Assembly (NCBI GenBank): GCA_044343545.1
Contig: JAWBZR010000002.1
Location: 1-64,000 of the forward strand
DNA length: 64,000 nt
Origin: Candidatus Aenigmatarchaeota archaeon
Lineage (GTDB): Archaea; Aenigmatarchaeota; Aenigmatarchaeia; CG10238-14
Direction of reading: 5' to 3'
Part shown: one piece after another, positions 19,813 to 29,467 of the stretch
Position numbering within the stretch: the stretch's first letter is position 1
Layout of the letters: each line of letters begins with the position of its first letter
Notes under the pieces: generated by a model
The model's input: only the letters and a program-made list of their open reading frames with translations
Database searches by the model: none
What the model was told of the DNA's origin: nothing
Position numbers and translations under genes: made by a program

Positions 19813-21027
19813 ATGAATTGGTTCGAGTTCGTTCTTTCAACTTTCATTTTTCTTTTATTTTCAACTTTCATCATTTTTTATTTCACAAATAGAGTTTCTT
19901 CGAGATTGGATGATATGAAATTTTATGAGATGAAAGCTAAAGCAACAATAGTTGAAAGCATTTTACTTTTTCCTGAAGAGTCAGAAAAATTTGAGGAATT
20001 TGAAACTATTACTCAAAAAACATATTACAGAGTTTTGATGGTTGATGGAAAAGAGAATCAACGAAAAAAAGAAATAGTAAACTTCTTTATACACATTGAC
20101 GAGAATTGTGAAAAAAATATAACAAAAGATAGTATTTTAATTTTTGATGAAAATGCTACTCAAGTTCCTTTTGTTTTTTATGAAGAAAACTATTGCGGTA
20201 ACGGAAAAATAAAAAATGCAAAAATAATTTTTTTTGATTCTTTCAATGCCACAAGAAATTATTTCATCTACTATTCATGTTTAAATTTTACTCGAGAAAC
20301 AATTTTCAACTCCACTTTGGTTGGATTTTGGAATTTTGATGAAGAAGGTTTCATAGCTTTAGACAAAACAGAAAATAAAAATCACGGAGAAATCATCGAT
20401 TTGGAAAGAGTCCCAGGAAAATTTGGTATGGCATTGAATTTTTCAGGTCAAGGTTTTGTGAATGTAAGTAAAGGCAACAATCTATCCAATGAAAAAACAT
20501 CAATAGAATTTTGGGTTTTCATAACAAACTTTACCGAAGCAACCATTATTGAAAAATACGATTCATATGGAGTTAAGCTCGAAAATGATAAAATAAAAGG
20601 ATATGTTGTTGGCTTACCTTCAAATTATCAACCTTCTTTTTCTATTGATCAGAACAAATGGCATCACATAGTTTTTACGTCCAATGGCACTTTACATAAT
20701 CTTTACATTGATGGAAGCTTGCGCAATTCAACTGAATACGAAGCGAATATTCCTTTGAATGTCGGGCCATTAAGTATAGGTGCAACATATGATGGAAGCA
20801 AAAAATTTTATGGTTTGATAGATGAAGTGAGAATATATTCTCATTTCATGGAGGAAGACGAGGTGGAAAGGGCGAATGATTCCAAACCTATCAACATAAT
20901 GATATATCCGGAAACAGAGAGCAAAATTATTTCAATTAATAAAATTAAAGCTATGAAAAATTTTGATTCAAGTCAAATAGATCGAATTTTTGGTTTTCAC
21001 AATTTCTATGTAGAGGTGGGAGAATGA
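19813..21027 (+). CDS. Membrane-anchored/pilin-like LamG (concanavalin A-like) domain protein
   Basis: LVGFWNFDE, GKFGMALNF, WHHIVFT, LYIDG, FYGLIDEVRIY; many N-x-S/T sequons. Confidence 0.88.
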   Translation: MNWFEFVLSTFIFLLFSTFIIFYFTNRVSSRLDDMKFYEMKAKATIVESILLFPEESEKFEEFETITQKTYYRVLMVDGKENQRKKEIVNFFIHIDENCEKNITKDSILIFDENATQVPFVFYEENYCGNGKIKNAKIIFFDSFNATRNYFIYYSCLNFTRETIFNSTLVGFWNFDEEGFIALDKTENKNHGEIIDLERVPGKFGMALNFSGQGFVNVSKGNNLSNEKTSIEFWVFITNFTEATIIEKYDSYGVKLENDKIKGYVVGLPSNYQPSFSIDQNKWHHIVFTSNGTLHNLYIDGSLRNSTEYEANIPLNVGPLSIGATYDGSKKFYGLIDEVRIYSHFMEEDEVERANDSKPINIMIYPETESKIISINKIKAMKNFDSSQIDRIFGFHNFYVEVGE

Positions 21028-21404
21028 AAGGAATAAACTTTATGATAGAGTTGGCAATTTCCATAATTTTAATTTTTTCCATTTTCTATTTATTCACAAA
21101 AAACGTGGAAAAAAAAGATTTTTTGTCAAAACAAAAATATGAGATTTTTCAAGCGCTTGAAATTTTAGATCAATCAAATAATCTTAGGCCTCATGCTTTG
21201 AGAAACGAGGCAAATATTATAAAAGAAAAATTATCGTATTTTTCGCCTACAAAAAATTATTCTGTTGTTATATTTAACAAAACTACCAATACAACAGAAA
21301 TTCCAAATATCGAAAGTAGAAATGTTGCTATAGTTGATTATTTGATTGCAGGTGATTTCGGTCTTTATGAGCCAAGAATAATAAAAGTTTTCATATGGGA
21401 TTAA
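21024..21404 (+). CDS. Type IV pilin-like protein (class III signal peptide)
   Basis: MKG/INFMIELAISIILIF. Confidence 0.7.
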   Translation: MKGINFMIELAISIILIFSIFYLFTKNVEKKDFLSKQKYEIFQALEILDQSNNLRPHALRNEANIIKEKLSYFSPTKNYSVVIFNKTTNTTEIPNIESRNVAIVDYLIAGDFGLYEPRIIKVFIWD

Positions 21405-21405
21405 A

Positions 21406-21978
21406 ATGAAGGGTCAGGCCATTTTAATGTCAGCAATGATTTTGATAATGGTTTTTACCATAATAGAATTAGACATTTTTAATTTTTTGCAAAATCCAAC
21501 ATTAGATAAAGACTACAATTTACACTATTTTGAAAAATTAAAAAAAGAAATAACTCTAGCTTTAACAAACGAAAATTCTGTTGAAAACTTTTTAGATTTT
21601 TTACTATTAATAAAACAAGATGCTGCTTTGAAAAATTACAATTTTTCTCTTTTTAGTGTCATAGCAACAAACGATACAAACAAACTTAATGTAAGCGTTT
21701 TGAATTATCTTGACACTAATATCAATGTCACATTGAAAATCAACACGACGCCTCATCAAATACAAAATATTCTATTAATGAAGGGAGAATGTTATAATTT
21801 TACGTTTGATATAGAAAGCGATAGTGATTACGAACTTGAAATAAATTACACTGAAAACATAACCATACCTATAATTTTTAGAGAAAAAAATAACATTTTT
21901 GCTTTCATAGATGTATTTCTTCAGAATGAAAATATAAGATACATAGATAAATTTCGAAAGTCATATTATTTCTCATGA
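21406..21978 (+). CDS. Type IV pilin-like protein
   Basis: MKG/QAILMSAMILIMVF; multiple sequons. Confidence 0.72.
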   Translation: MKGQAILMSAMILIMVFTIIELDIFNFLQNPTLDKDYNLHYFEKLKKEITLALTNENSVENFLDFLLLIKQDAALKNYNFSLFSVIATNDTNKLNVSVLNYLDTNINVTLKINTTPHQIQNILLMKGECYNFTFDIESDSDYELEINYTENITIPIIFREKNNIFAFIDVFLQNENIRYIDKFRKSYYFS

Positions 21979-22448
21979 AAGGATTGAATGAATTTGTGGC
22001 CATCGCTATTATACTATCTATCGCTATATCCGGTATAGTAATTTCGATGGAATTTATAAAACCCATGATTGAAAAATCTCGAGACAATTTTATTGTGAAT
22101 GAAGCTATAAGCAATATTTTGAAGATAAGAGATACTTTATATGAAATTGTTAACGAGGGTGAGGGCTCTAGAAGACTCATAAACATAGTAGTCTCTGATG
22201 GAACATATACTTTCGATGAAAATGCAGATGCAATAAACTTCACATACCAAATGAAGGGAAATTTGGTTTTTTTGGGAGAAAAGCGTGGTATTCAAATTAG
22301 AACTGTTGATCGGCAACTAATTATGTCACTCAATTTTAGCAACATAGATTTTATCAATGAATTTTACATATATAAAGGAAGTAAAACGATAATGTTAAGT
22401 TATGAAGATTTCGAGAATGGCAAGGCCAAAATATCCATTTCAGATTAA
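21975..22448 (+). CDS. Type IV pilin-like protein
   Basis: MKG/LNEFVAIAIILSIAISG; amphipathic helix then GEGSRR. Confidence 0.75.
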   Translation: MKGLNEFVAIAIILSIAISGIVISMEFIKPMIEKSRDNFIVNEAISNILKIRDTLYEIVNEGEGSRRLINIVVSDGTYTFDENADAINFTYQMKGNLVFLGEKRGIQIRTVDRQLIMSLNFSNIDFINEFYIYKGSKTIMLSYEDFENGKAKISISD

Positions 22449-22507
22449 ATTTATGAGCGGTTAAACCAAAAAATATTAAATAAAGAATTTTACGAATAAT
22501 ATATTGT

Positions 22508-22645
22508 ATGGCAATTTGGAAAAACATCAAGTGTCCTCGATGTGGTAAGCCAAATGAAAGAGAAGTTTTGAATAAAAGAAACGGTTCTTGCATTTTTTGC
22601 GGCTTTAGAATCGCTTCAAATCTAAACAATTTTATGAAAAAATGA
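22508..22645 (+). CDS. 45-aa CPxCG zinc-finger microprotein (missed by ORF track)
   Basis: MAIWKNIKCPRCGKPNEREVLNKRNGSCIFCGFRIASNLNNFMKK. Confidence 0.7.
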   Translation: MAIWKNIKCPRCGKPNEREVLNKRNGSCIFCGFRIASNLNNFMKK

Positions 22646-22650
22646 AACTT

Positions 22651-22815
22651 TTAAGCAAAAATGCTACTGTTTTCGCTTTGATTTTTTTCGCAATCCAAGC
22701 ATATCCATTCATTCTTTTTCTTTCTCAAACATTTATGACAACCGATTTTCCCGCATCTATCACACTCTCTCATCTCTATGGTTTCGCTGTTGCAATTCAA
22801 GCATTTTAGAGTCAT
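22651..22815 (-). CDS. 54-aa 8-Cys double zinc-finger microprotein (missed by ORF track)
   Basis: MTLKCLNCNSETIEMRECDRCGKIGCHKCLRKKKNEWICLDCEKNQSENSSIFA; four CxxC pairs. Confidence 0.8.
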   Translation of the reverse strand: MTLKCLNCNSETIEMRECDRCGKIGCHKCLRKKKNEWICLDCEKNQSENSSIFA

Positions 22816-22852
22816 CGAATTAAATATTTGGAAAATTACAAATTAATAAAGT

Positions 22853-24259
22853 ATGGGCGAATCAAAGGAATTTGGTTATTCAGACATAGTAAGGAGAAAC
22901 ATAGAAAATACTGCAAGAGAAGGCAATGTAAATTCAATAAAGGTTGGCATAGGAGAATCCTATTTTGATGCATTTGCGATAAGGGTGATAAACGCGACAC
23001 CTTTTCAAGTAGGCATACTTTCTTCCATTCCACAACTATTCGGTCATATTTCAAACATATTTTCTCATAAAGCTATAGAAAGATTTAGAAGTCGAAAAAA
23101 AGTGATTTTGATTTGTGTTTTAATCAATGCCTTATGCTTTATACCAATATTTTTAAGCGCTTTCATAAAGGGATACGAATTCATCTTCTTGCTCGCTTCG
23201 ATAACGTTGTATTTTACTTCAGAGTTATTCCTTCTTCCAGCTTGGGTCAGCTTGATGGGAGATATCATACCAGATCAAATAAAGGGAATATATTTTGGTG
23301 AAAGAAACAAATCAATGAAATTGTTCGCATTTGTTTCCATGATAATTGGTGGGTTTATTTTGCAAGTAATTTCCGGTTTAAGTTTGTTGCTTTCTTTTGG
23401 CATAATTTTTTTCATCGCTCTTTTGGCAAGATTAATTTCATTCTATTTGTTTTTAAAAATTTATGAGCCGGAATATGTTTTTGATGAATCATTCAAGTTT
23501 GGTTTCATCGATTTCGTAAAAAACTTGAAAAAAACAAATTTTGGCATGTTCGTCATTTTTATGGTCACATTCACCTTTTCTTATAGATTAGCCGCACCAT
23601 ATTTTTCTGTTTACATGCTTAACTATCTAAAATTTGATTATTGGAAATTTACTCTCATCAATGCGTCAAGCGTGCTTGCAACAATTGTTAGTATGCCCAT
23701 ATGGGGAAAATATATAGACGAGTATGGCAATAAAAAGATAATGACATTGACAGCTTTTTGCATCCCACTAATCCCGTTTTTATGGATGCTTTCTAGCAAC
23801 ATCATTTATTTGTTCTTGGTGGAGTTATTTTCTGGTTTTGTTTGGGCTGGCTTCAACTTGTCGACATTTAATTTTGTATTTTTTTCAACATCGCCAGAAA
23901 AAAGACACATAGCTCAATCATACTATAACGTTCTTTTAGGAATTTCTATGTTTATGGGTAGCATGACGGGAGGTTTGCTGATAGAAAAAGTCAAACTTTT
24001 TGAAATACCAATATTCAATGTCTTTGCTGTTTCTACTGCAATGAGATTTTTGACAGCATTCTTGTTTTTGAGAAAAATTGAAGAACCAAAAGAAAAGAAA
24101 GAAATAAGCTATTCAAAATTACTATTTAGCGCTTCCATCGTGGAAGTGTGGAAATCTTTGCAGAGCACCTTTACTTTCAAAAAGAAAAGAAAAAAATCCT
24201 TTTTTGAAAGACTTGCCGAAGAATTGGAAGAAATTACAAATGCAGGAGGCAGGATTTGA
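22853..24259 (+). CDS. MFS transporter
   Basis: About 12 TM; motif-A-like WGKYIDEYGNKK; WVSLMGDIIP-x3-KG-x-YFG. Confidence 0.9.
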   Translation: MGESKEFGYSDIVRRNIENTAREGNVNSIKVGIGESYFDAFAIRVINATPFQVGILSSIPQLFGHISNIFSHKAIERFRSRKKVILICVLINALCFIPIFLSAFIKGYEFIFLLASITLYFTSELFLLPAWVSLMGDIIPDQIKGIYFGERNKSMKLFAFVSMIIGGFILQVISGLSLLLSFGIIFFIALLARLISFYLFLKIYEPEYVFDESFKFGFIDFVKNLKKTNFGMFVIFMVTFTFSYRLAAPYFSVYMLNYLKFDYWKFTLINASSVLATIVSMPIWGKYIDEYGNKKIMTLTAFCIPLIPFLWMLSSNIIYLFLVELFSGFVWAGFNLSTFNFVFFSTSPEKRHIAQSYYNVLLGISMFMGSMTGGLLIEKVKLFEIPIFNVFAVSTAMRFLTAFLFLRKIEEPKEKKEISYSKLLFSASIVEVWKSLQSTFTFKKKRKKSFFERLAEELEEITNAGGRI

Positions 24260-24326
24260 ACCTGCGTATCCACTAAGGAACCAGCTCCTAAGGCTGGCGC
24301 CATTGACCAGGCTAGGCGACTCCTGC
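24241..24326 (-). tRNA. tRNA-Leu(TAG)
   Basis: GCAGGAG/CTCCTGC acceptor stem, CCAGC-CT-TAG-GA-GCTGG anticodon arm, long variable arm, TTCAAAT T-loop. Confidence 0.95.
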
Positions 24327-24369
24327 CTTATTAATAAAAATTATCAATCCTTAATAATTTTATGTTTTT

Positions 24370-25269
24370 TTAAGAAGCCAATTTTATCTTGTTCTTCTTA
24401 AACTGTTTCATAATTTCTTTGAGTAATTCTGATACTATTTCTTCTTTTCTTGAGATATCCACAGTTCTTATCCAAACTTCCAAAGTTATCTTAGTGGCAG
24501 TGCAAGATTTTACTAATACCTTTGGCATAAAAGGTGTCAAATCCATTCCAGATTCTACTATCTTTGAAAACTTCTCAGCCAGGTATTCTATTCTCGCTAT
24601 TTTTCCTTTTTCTATGATGTCATCTAAAATGTTTCTTTTTTTGGGTATGTTAGGAAGCACGTAGGGATGACTTCTGCATACGTCTATTATTATTTTTTCT
24701 GCCTTTTCAAGATTGGTATCTGCACTTAAATCCAAATTGAAAGATATTTTGACAAAATTACCTTTTGTATAGTTTATGATGTTGGTCGTAACCAATACGG
24801 AGTTTGGGACATAAACAATAGAACCATCATACCTTCTGAGAACGGTTCTAAATAAAGTCATATCTTTTACTCTTGATATTCCAGGTTGAGGAAAACCGCC
24901 AACTTCAACCCAATCCCCTATTTTTAATGGCCTTTCGACTGATATTATTATTCCAGCGATGATATTTTGAAAAGTTTGTTGCGTAGACAAACCTATTATT
25001 ATTGTGGCTATGCCAGCCGCAGTCCAAACAGTGCTCAAATTAATACCCAAAATTTTGTTTAATATGAAATAAAAACCCAAAAAATAAAATAAATAGTTCG
25101 CGAGTCTAGATACTGTTTTTGAAAGATTCTTATTGATTTTTTCATCTAAAAATCTTCTCATGAAAAAATAAATCGCATTTCCTATAACAATAACCATTAA
25201 AGAAAGAATTATTGAAATTATAACCGTTTCAGTTGTTACTGTACCCAATTCGAAGCCGTTCATAAACAC
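24370..25269 (-). CDS. mscS: MscS-family mechanosensitive channel
   Basis: 3 TM, GLSTQQTFQNIIAGI-x4-ERPLKIGDWVE, VYVPNS. Confidence 0.92.
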   Translation of the reverse strand: MFMNGFELGTVTTETVIISIILSLMVIVIGNAIYFFMRRFLDEKINKNLSKTVSRLANYLFYFLGFYFILNKILGINLSTVWTAAGIATIIIGLSTQQTFQNIIAGIIISVERPLKIGDWVEVGGFPQPGISRVKDMTLFRTVLRRYDGSIVYVPNSVLVTTNIINYTKGNFVKISFNLDLSADTNLEKAEKIIIDVCRSHPYVLPNIPKKRNILDDIIEKGKIARIEYLAEKFSKIVESGMDLTPFMPKVLVKSCTATKITLEVWIRTVDISRKEEIVSELLKEIMKQFKKNKIKLAS

Positions 25270-25379
25270 TTATTATTATTGTTTAGGCCTATTTTAAATA
25301 ATTTCGTTCTGTTAGGATCAATTTCGCAGAAAAATTATGTCGTGTTAAATCAAAATAAATGAAAATCTAGAAGGTGGTT

Positions 25380-27002
25380 TTATTTTTGAATTTTATCGCT
25401 TAATTTTTTTATCTTTTCATCCAACTTCTTTTCAGCTTCCAATCTTTCTAAAGGATAGTCTTTAAAATCGACAAACTTTGTCGCGTACTCCGCTAGTAAG
25501 GGATGAACGTCCCTTACTTTTGATGCAATGGCTTGAGCTATCTTCCTGTAATATTCATGACCTTGAGGGGAGCTTCTCAACTCAGTTAAGTGAGAAATTT
25601 CACGCAAATTCAGTTTAAAATACCATCTTACTTTGAAACCCAATGGAACTATGTATTGTGCTTGTAAAGGCATTTTCTTTCTCACTTTCTCAAAAAAATT
25701 CTTCGCAGCCTCCATTGCTTTCACATATTTTGATTCCAATTTCGCTTCTGTAATGTCTTTTGGTACATCAAAACCATAATCAGTGGTGATGAGTTGTCTT
25801 TCTTGTGTAAGCATTCTATGTCTTTGCAAGTCCTTGTACGCGCCTAAAGGAGCCAAAATATCAAAAGTATAATAAGTGTTTTCAAAAGCTCTTCCTATTT
25901 TTTGTTGCCTAACTTTTCTTCTCGATGCATATTCAAAAACAATTTTTTTCTTTTCTTCTAAACTCATATTTTTCACAATTTTTCTCAATTCTTTCAAGCT
26001 CATGTCGGTGAAAGGATATAGCATCGATGCTATAACCTTTTCTTCCGCATCTTGATCATAATCAACAAGCTCAACATAACTTCCATCGTGCTCTTTAGCT
26101 TCGAATTTCTTACCTATTTTTTCCATTGCTTCTCTTGTTTGCTTAAAATATTCTTGCATAGCCTTTCCATGTTCCATTTTGGCTCTTTTCACGAAAGAAG
26201 GTATAACCTTATCCAATTCTTCTTGCATCATCAAAGCCAAATTTCTTACTTCGAAAAGCGGAGAAGCATACATCTTGTTCAGTAGATGCTCAAAAGCTCT
26301 TCCATTTCCAAACAGGCCAACATTTGTGAGAGTGGACGCCGGTAAAAGTTGTCTTAGAGTGTCGCATACTTTCGCTCTTATTGTTGCCTGATATGCTCTA
26401 TCAGAAACATCTTTTGGTTGTGGATATTTTTTTTGCATGAAATCCGACATTTTTGGTATTAATTCGGAATATGTATCGAACAAGAAATCCATCGTTTCTT
26501 CGTACATTTCTCCAAATTCAGAGCTCATCAATTCGGGATCTCTATAATACTTGTACTTTCCATCTTCCTTTTGGTCGAAAAACACGTATCTCGTGGATTT
26601 TTCAAGCGGAGATATGCCTATTCTATTATCTTCTAGCATCTTTGCCGCTATTAATTGTGAAACATCTTCGCATGCTACATGAACACCTGCCAATTCAGCT
26701 ACGGAATCATCACCAAAACCTATCAAAACTCTCTCATAAAATTCTTCAGCTTTTTGTGTGGCAATAAACTTTTCAAAATGTTTTCTTTCGTCCATTGAAA
26801 CAATTTCTTTGAAATTCATTTCAGGATTTAAAATGAATTCTTCAAGCAAAACTCTTCTTAAACTCTTTGGCGATCTACTATATCTTGCAAACAAAGCACC
26901 CTTGACAACTTCCGGCAAGTTTATTAACACGAATACCGGCTTGTCCAAGTTTGTTAAAAAAGGTTGCAATATTTTTCTTTCTTCTTCGGTAAAATTTTCC
27001 AT
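25380..27002 (-). CDS. thyX: Flavin-dependent thymidylate synthase, long two-domain form
   Basis: GALFARYSRS, GFGDDSVAEL, LEKSTRY, DLQRHR, ELRS-x2-QGH-x2-YR. Confidence 0.88.
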   Translation of the reverse strand: MENFTEEERKILQPFLTNLDKPVFVLINLPEVVKGALFARYSRSPKSLRRVLLEEFILNPEMNFKEIVSMDERKHFEKFIATQKAEEFYERVLIGFGDDSVAELAGVHVACEDVSQLIAAKMLEDNRIGISPLEKSTRYVFFDQKEDGKYKYYRDPELMSSEFGEMYEETMDFLFDTYSELIPKMSDFMQKKYPQPKDVSDRAYQATIRAKVCDTLRQLLPASTLTNVGLFGNGRAFEHLLNKMYASPLFEVRNLALMMQEELDKVIPSFVKRAKMEHGKAMQEYFKQTREAMEKIGKKFEAKEHDGSYVELVDYDQDAEEKVIASMLYPFTDMSLKELRKIVKNMSLEEKKKIVFEYASRRKVRQQKIGRAFENTYYTFDILAPLGAYKDLQRHRMLTQERQLITTDYGFDVPKDITEAKLESKYVKAMEAAKNFFEKVRKKMPLQAQYIVPLGFKVRWYFKLNLREISHLTELRSSPQGHEYYRKIAQAIASKVRDVHPLLAEYATKFVDFKDYPLERLEAEKKLDEKIKKLSDKIQK

Positions 27003-28322
27003 CTATATCATCACATCCTCATATATTGGAAAATTTTCGCAAAGATCTATAACTTCTTTTCTTATTTCTTTTATTGCTTCGTTCCTTTCAATTTCTTTTC
27101 TGAATTTATTTATTAACAAATCCTTATTTTCTTTTGAAAATTCATATTTCATCGCGAGCCGAATCACTTTAATCATGTAATCTGCTATTCTTTCCATTTC
27201 AGATTCCTTCATACCTCTTGTAGTTAATGCAGGCGTTCCACACCTTATGCCACTAGGATAAAAGGGAGATGCATCGTTTGGTATAGTATTTTTGTTGACG
27301 ATTATTCCAGCTTTATCCAATGCTTCTTGAGCGTACATGCCTTTACCATAGCCGAAAGGAGTAAGGTCTATTAAAAGTAAATGTGTATCTGTTCCGCCAG
27401 AAACGAGTTTTATATCCATTTTTATAAACTCTTCAGCCAACTTTTTACAGTTTTTAACTATTTGTTTCGCATATTCTTTGAATTCAGGTTGAGATGCTTC
27501 ATGCAATGCAACTGCTATAGCAGCAGTAACATTGTCATGAGGTCCGCCTTGAAGTCCAGGAAAAACAGCTTTATCTATTTTTTCAGGCAAGCTTTCATCT
27601 TTTTCTAAACCTTTTCTTGTAACCATTATCATCGCTCCCCTCGGTCCTCTAAGAGTTTTGTGAGTAGTTGTTGTTATAACATGTGCATATTTTGATGGGC
27701 TAGGATGAACCTTACCAACTATTAAACCTGCTATGTGTGAAATATCTGCAACTAAATAAGCATCAACATCATCGGCAATTTCAGCGAATCTCTTGAAATC
27801 GATGATTCTTGGATAAGCCGTGAAACCACACCATATTAATTTAGGTTTGTATTTTTTTGCAAGTTTCTCCATTTCATCAAAATCTATGTAACCATTTTCA
27901 TTTAAATGATAGTGGACTGAATTAAACAACATACCTGAAAAACTTGTTTTCCATCCATGAGTTAAGTGGCCACCATGAGTCATGTCCAAACCCATTATTG
28001 TGTCGCCTGGTTTGCAAAGAGCCAAATACACTGCGAAGTTTGCCGGGCTACCAGAATAAGGTTGAACATTCACATGCTCTACCTTGAAAAGTTTTTTCGC
28101 TCTTTTTATGGCCAACCTTTCTATTTCATCGATGTATTGGTTTCCGCCATAATATCTTTTTCCAGGATAACCTTCTGAATATTTGTTTGTTAAAACAGAA
28201 CCCAAAGCTTTCAGGACATTGACGCTCGCATAATTTTCTGATGGTATCATCACAAGTGATTTTTGTTGCCTTTCTAAATCTTTGCGAATTAAATTAAAAA
28301 TTTCTTCGTCGATAAAAGGCAT
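27003..28322 (-). CDS. glyA: Serine hydroxymethyltransferase
   Basis: SENY, NKYSEGYPGKRYYGG, HGGHLTHG, TTTHKTLRGPRG, FPGLQGGPH. Confidence 0.97.
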   Translation of the reverse strand: MPFIDEEIFNLIRKDLERQQKSLVMIPSENYASVNVLKALGSVLTNKYSEGYPGKRYYGGNQYIDEIERLAIKRAKKLFKVEHVNVQPYSGSPANFAVYLALCKPGDTIMGLDMTHGGHLTHGWKTSFSGMLFNSVHYHLNENGYIDFDEMEKLAKKYKPKLIWCGFTAYPRIIDFKRFAEIADDVDAYLVADISHIAGLIVGKVHPSPSKYAHVITTTTHKTLRGPRGAMIMVTRKGLEKDESLPEKIDKAVFPGLQGGPHDNVTAAIAVALHEASQPEFKEYAKQIVKNCKKLAEEFIKMDIKLVSGGTDTHLLLIDLTPFGYGKGMYAQEALDKAGIIVNKNTIPNDASPFYPSGIRCGTPALTTRGMKESEMERIADYMIKVIRLAMKYEFSKENKDLLINKFRKEIERNEAIKEIRKEVIDLCENFPIYEDVMI

Positions 28323-28376
28323 AAATTTATTTTCAAATAATTCATTTAAAAAAATTTTAATATTTTAATAACAAAA

Positions 28377-28712
28377 ATGGATTTAAAGGGATTCTTTAAA
28401 TTAGAAAAAAATAAAATAATATTAACTTTAGTTATCCTTTTAATTTTTCCGTTACCATACTGGAATGGAATTCTTTGTGAAAGATGCGAAAAAGAACCTT
28501 GTCCCAAATGCCCTGATACTAATTTTGGCCCAGCCTTGTTAGGTTGGTGGTTTACGTGGAAAGGTAGTTTCTATGGCCATTCAAAAATAATAGGAAACTA
28601 TCATCTTGCACTAAATGTTTTAGAAAAAATACTACTTCAATTATTAATAATAGGTCTGCCAGTATCATACTTAATATCTTGTTTCATTTTTTGGTTTTTC
28701 AAAAATAGATAA
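28377..28712 (+). CDS. Small 2-TM protein with a Cys-rich loop
   Basis: CERC-x4-CPKC between hydrophobic segments. Confidence 0.7.
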   Translation: MDLKGFFKLEKNKIILTLVILLIFPLPYWNGILCERCEKEPCPKCPDTNFGPALLGWWFTWKGSFYGHSKIIGNYHLALNVLEKILLQLLIIGLPVSYLISCFIFWFFKNR

Positions 28713-28760
28713 GGATGTCAATTAAATTTTTGTGTCTAATGTTGAAGAAATATTGCTTTT

Positions 28761-28832
28761 TGGACCAGGCGGGATTTGAACCCGCAGCCTCTGCCTTGCG
28801 AAGGCAGCGATCTACCATTGATCTACTGGCCC
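28761..28832 (-). tRNA. tRNA-Ala(CGC)
   Basis: GGGCCAG/CTGGTCC stem with G3:U70; CTGCC-TT-CGC-AA-GGCAG. Confidence 0.95.
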
Positions 28833-28881
28833 GCTTGAAAGTATTAAAATTTTTTATTAGAAATAAAATATAGATTTTGAA

Positions 28882-28956
28882 GGGCCACTAGCTTAGCCTG
28901 GTTGGAGCGCCTGACTGATAATCAGGAGGTCGCCAGTTCAAATCTGGCGTGGCCCA
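28882..28956 (+). tRNA. tRNA-Ile(GAT)
   Basis: GGGCCAC/GTGGCCC; CCTGA-CT-GAT-AA-TCAGG; divergent from tRNA-Ala. Confidence 0.95.
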
Positions 28957-28957
28957 T

Positions 28958-29467
28958 TCATTTTAAGCAAAATTTTTTAATCAAGCAATTTTTGAATCTG
29001 GTTATTTCATTTCTAAACGTCGAATTCTTTTTGTAAAGCGTAAAAAGTAAGAACAAGCCTACTAGATCTAAAATAAATAATTCCAAAGTATATGAAAGTT
29101 TGAATGGCGTTTGAGGAAAATCATAATTCATGAACGGGTAAAACCAAGGAACAAAATAGGGCAAGTCTTCTACCAAATGCATTATTATGCCGAAAGACAC
29201 TGACAAAGCAATCAATTTTTTTCTTGTCATTTCGAGAGTCATTAAACCGAGCAAAATGGCTGCGAATAGAGTGTGACCTATATATCTGCCAGAGGGAAAA
29301 ATTCCAATTATGTATAGTGGTTTGTCTATAATATCTGGCAATTGCGAAGCGAAAAGAGCTGTTAAAGGCGAGAGATGTAGCAAGGAAGCGAAAAAAGCCG
29401 TTATTCCCAGGTGAGCTAATATAAACATAACAATAAAATTTCCCAAGTCTTTATTTAAACTTAACAA
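28958..29467 (-). CDS. Membrane-bound metal-dependent hydrolase (YdjM-like)
   Basis: AH...SQLPDIIDKP...RYIGHTL...MHLVED; true start probably MFILAH. Confidence 0.82.
   Translation of the reverse strand: MLSLNKDLGNFIVMFILAHLGITAFFASLLHLSPLTALFASQLPDIIDKPLYIIGIFPSGRYIGHTLFAAILLGLMTLEMTRKKLIALSVSFGIIMHLVEDLPYFVPWFYPFMNYDFPQTPFKLSYTLELFILDLVGLFLLFTLYKKNSTFRNEITRFKNCLIKKFCLK

Noticed and set aside
24109..24401. ORFs 24109-24303(-) and 24204-24401(+)
   Set aside because: They read through tRNA-Leu (AGFEPA is the T-arm antisense).
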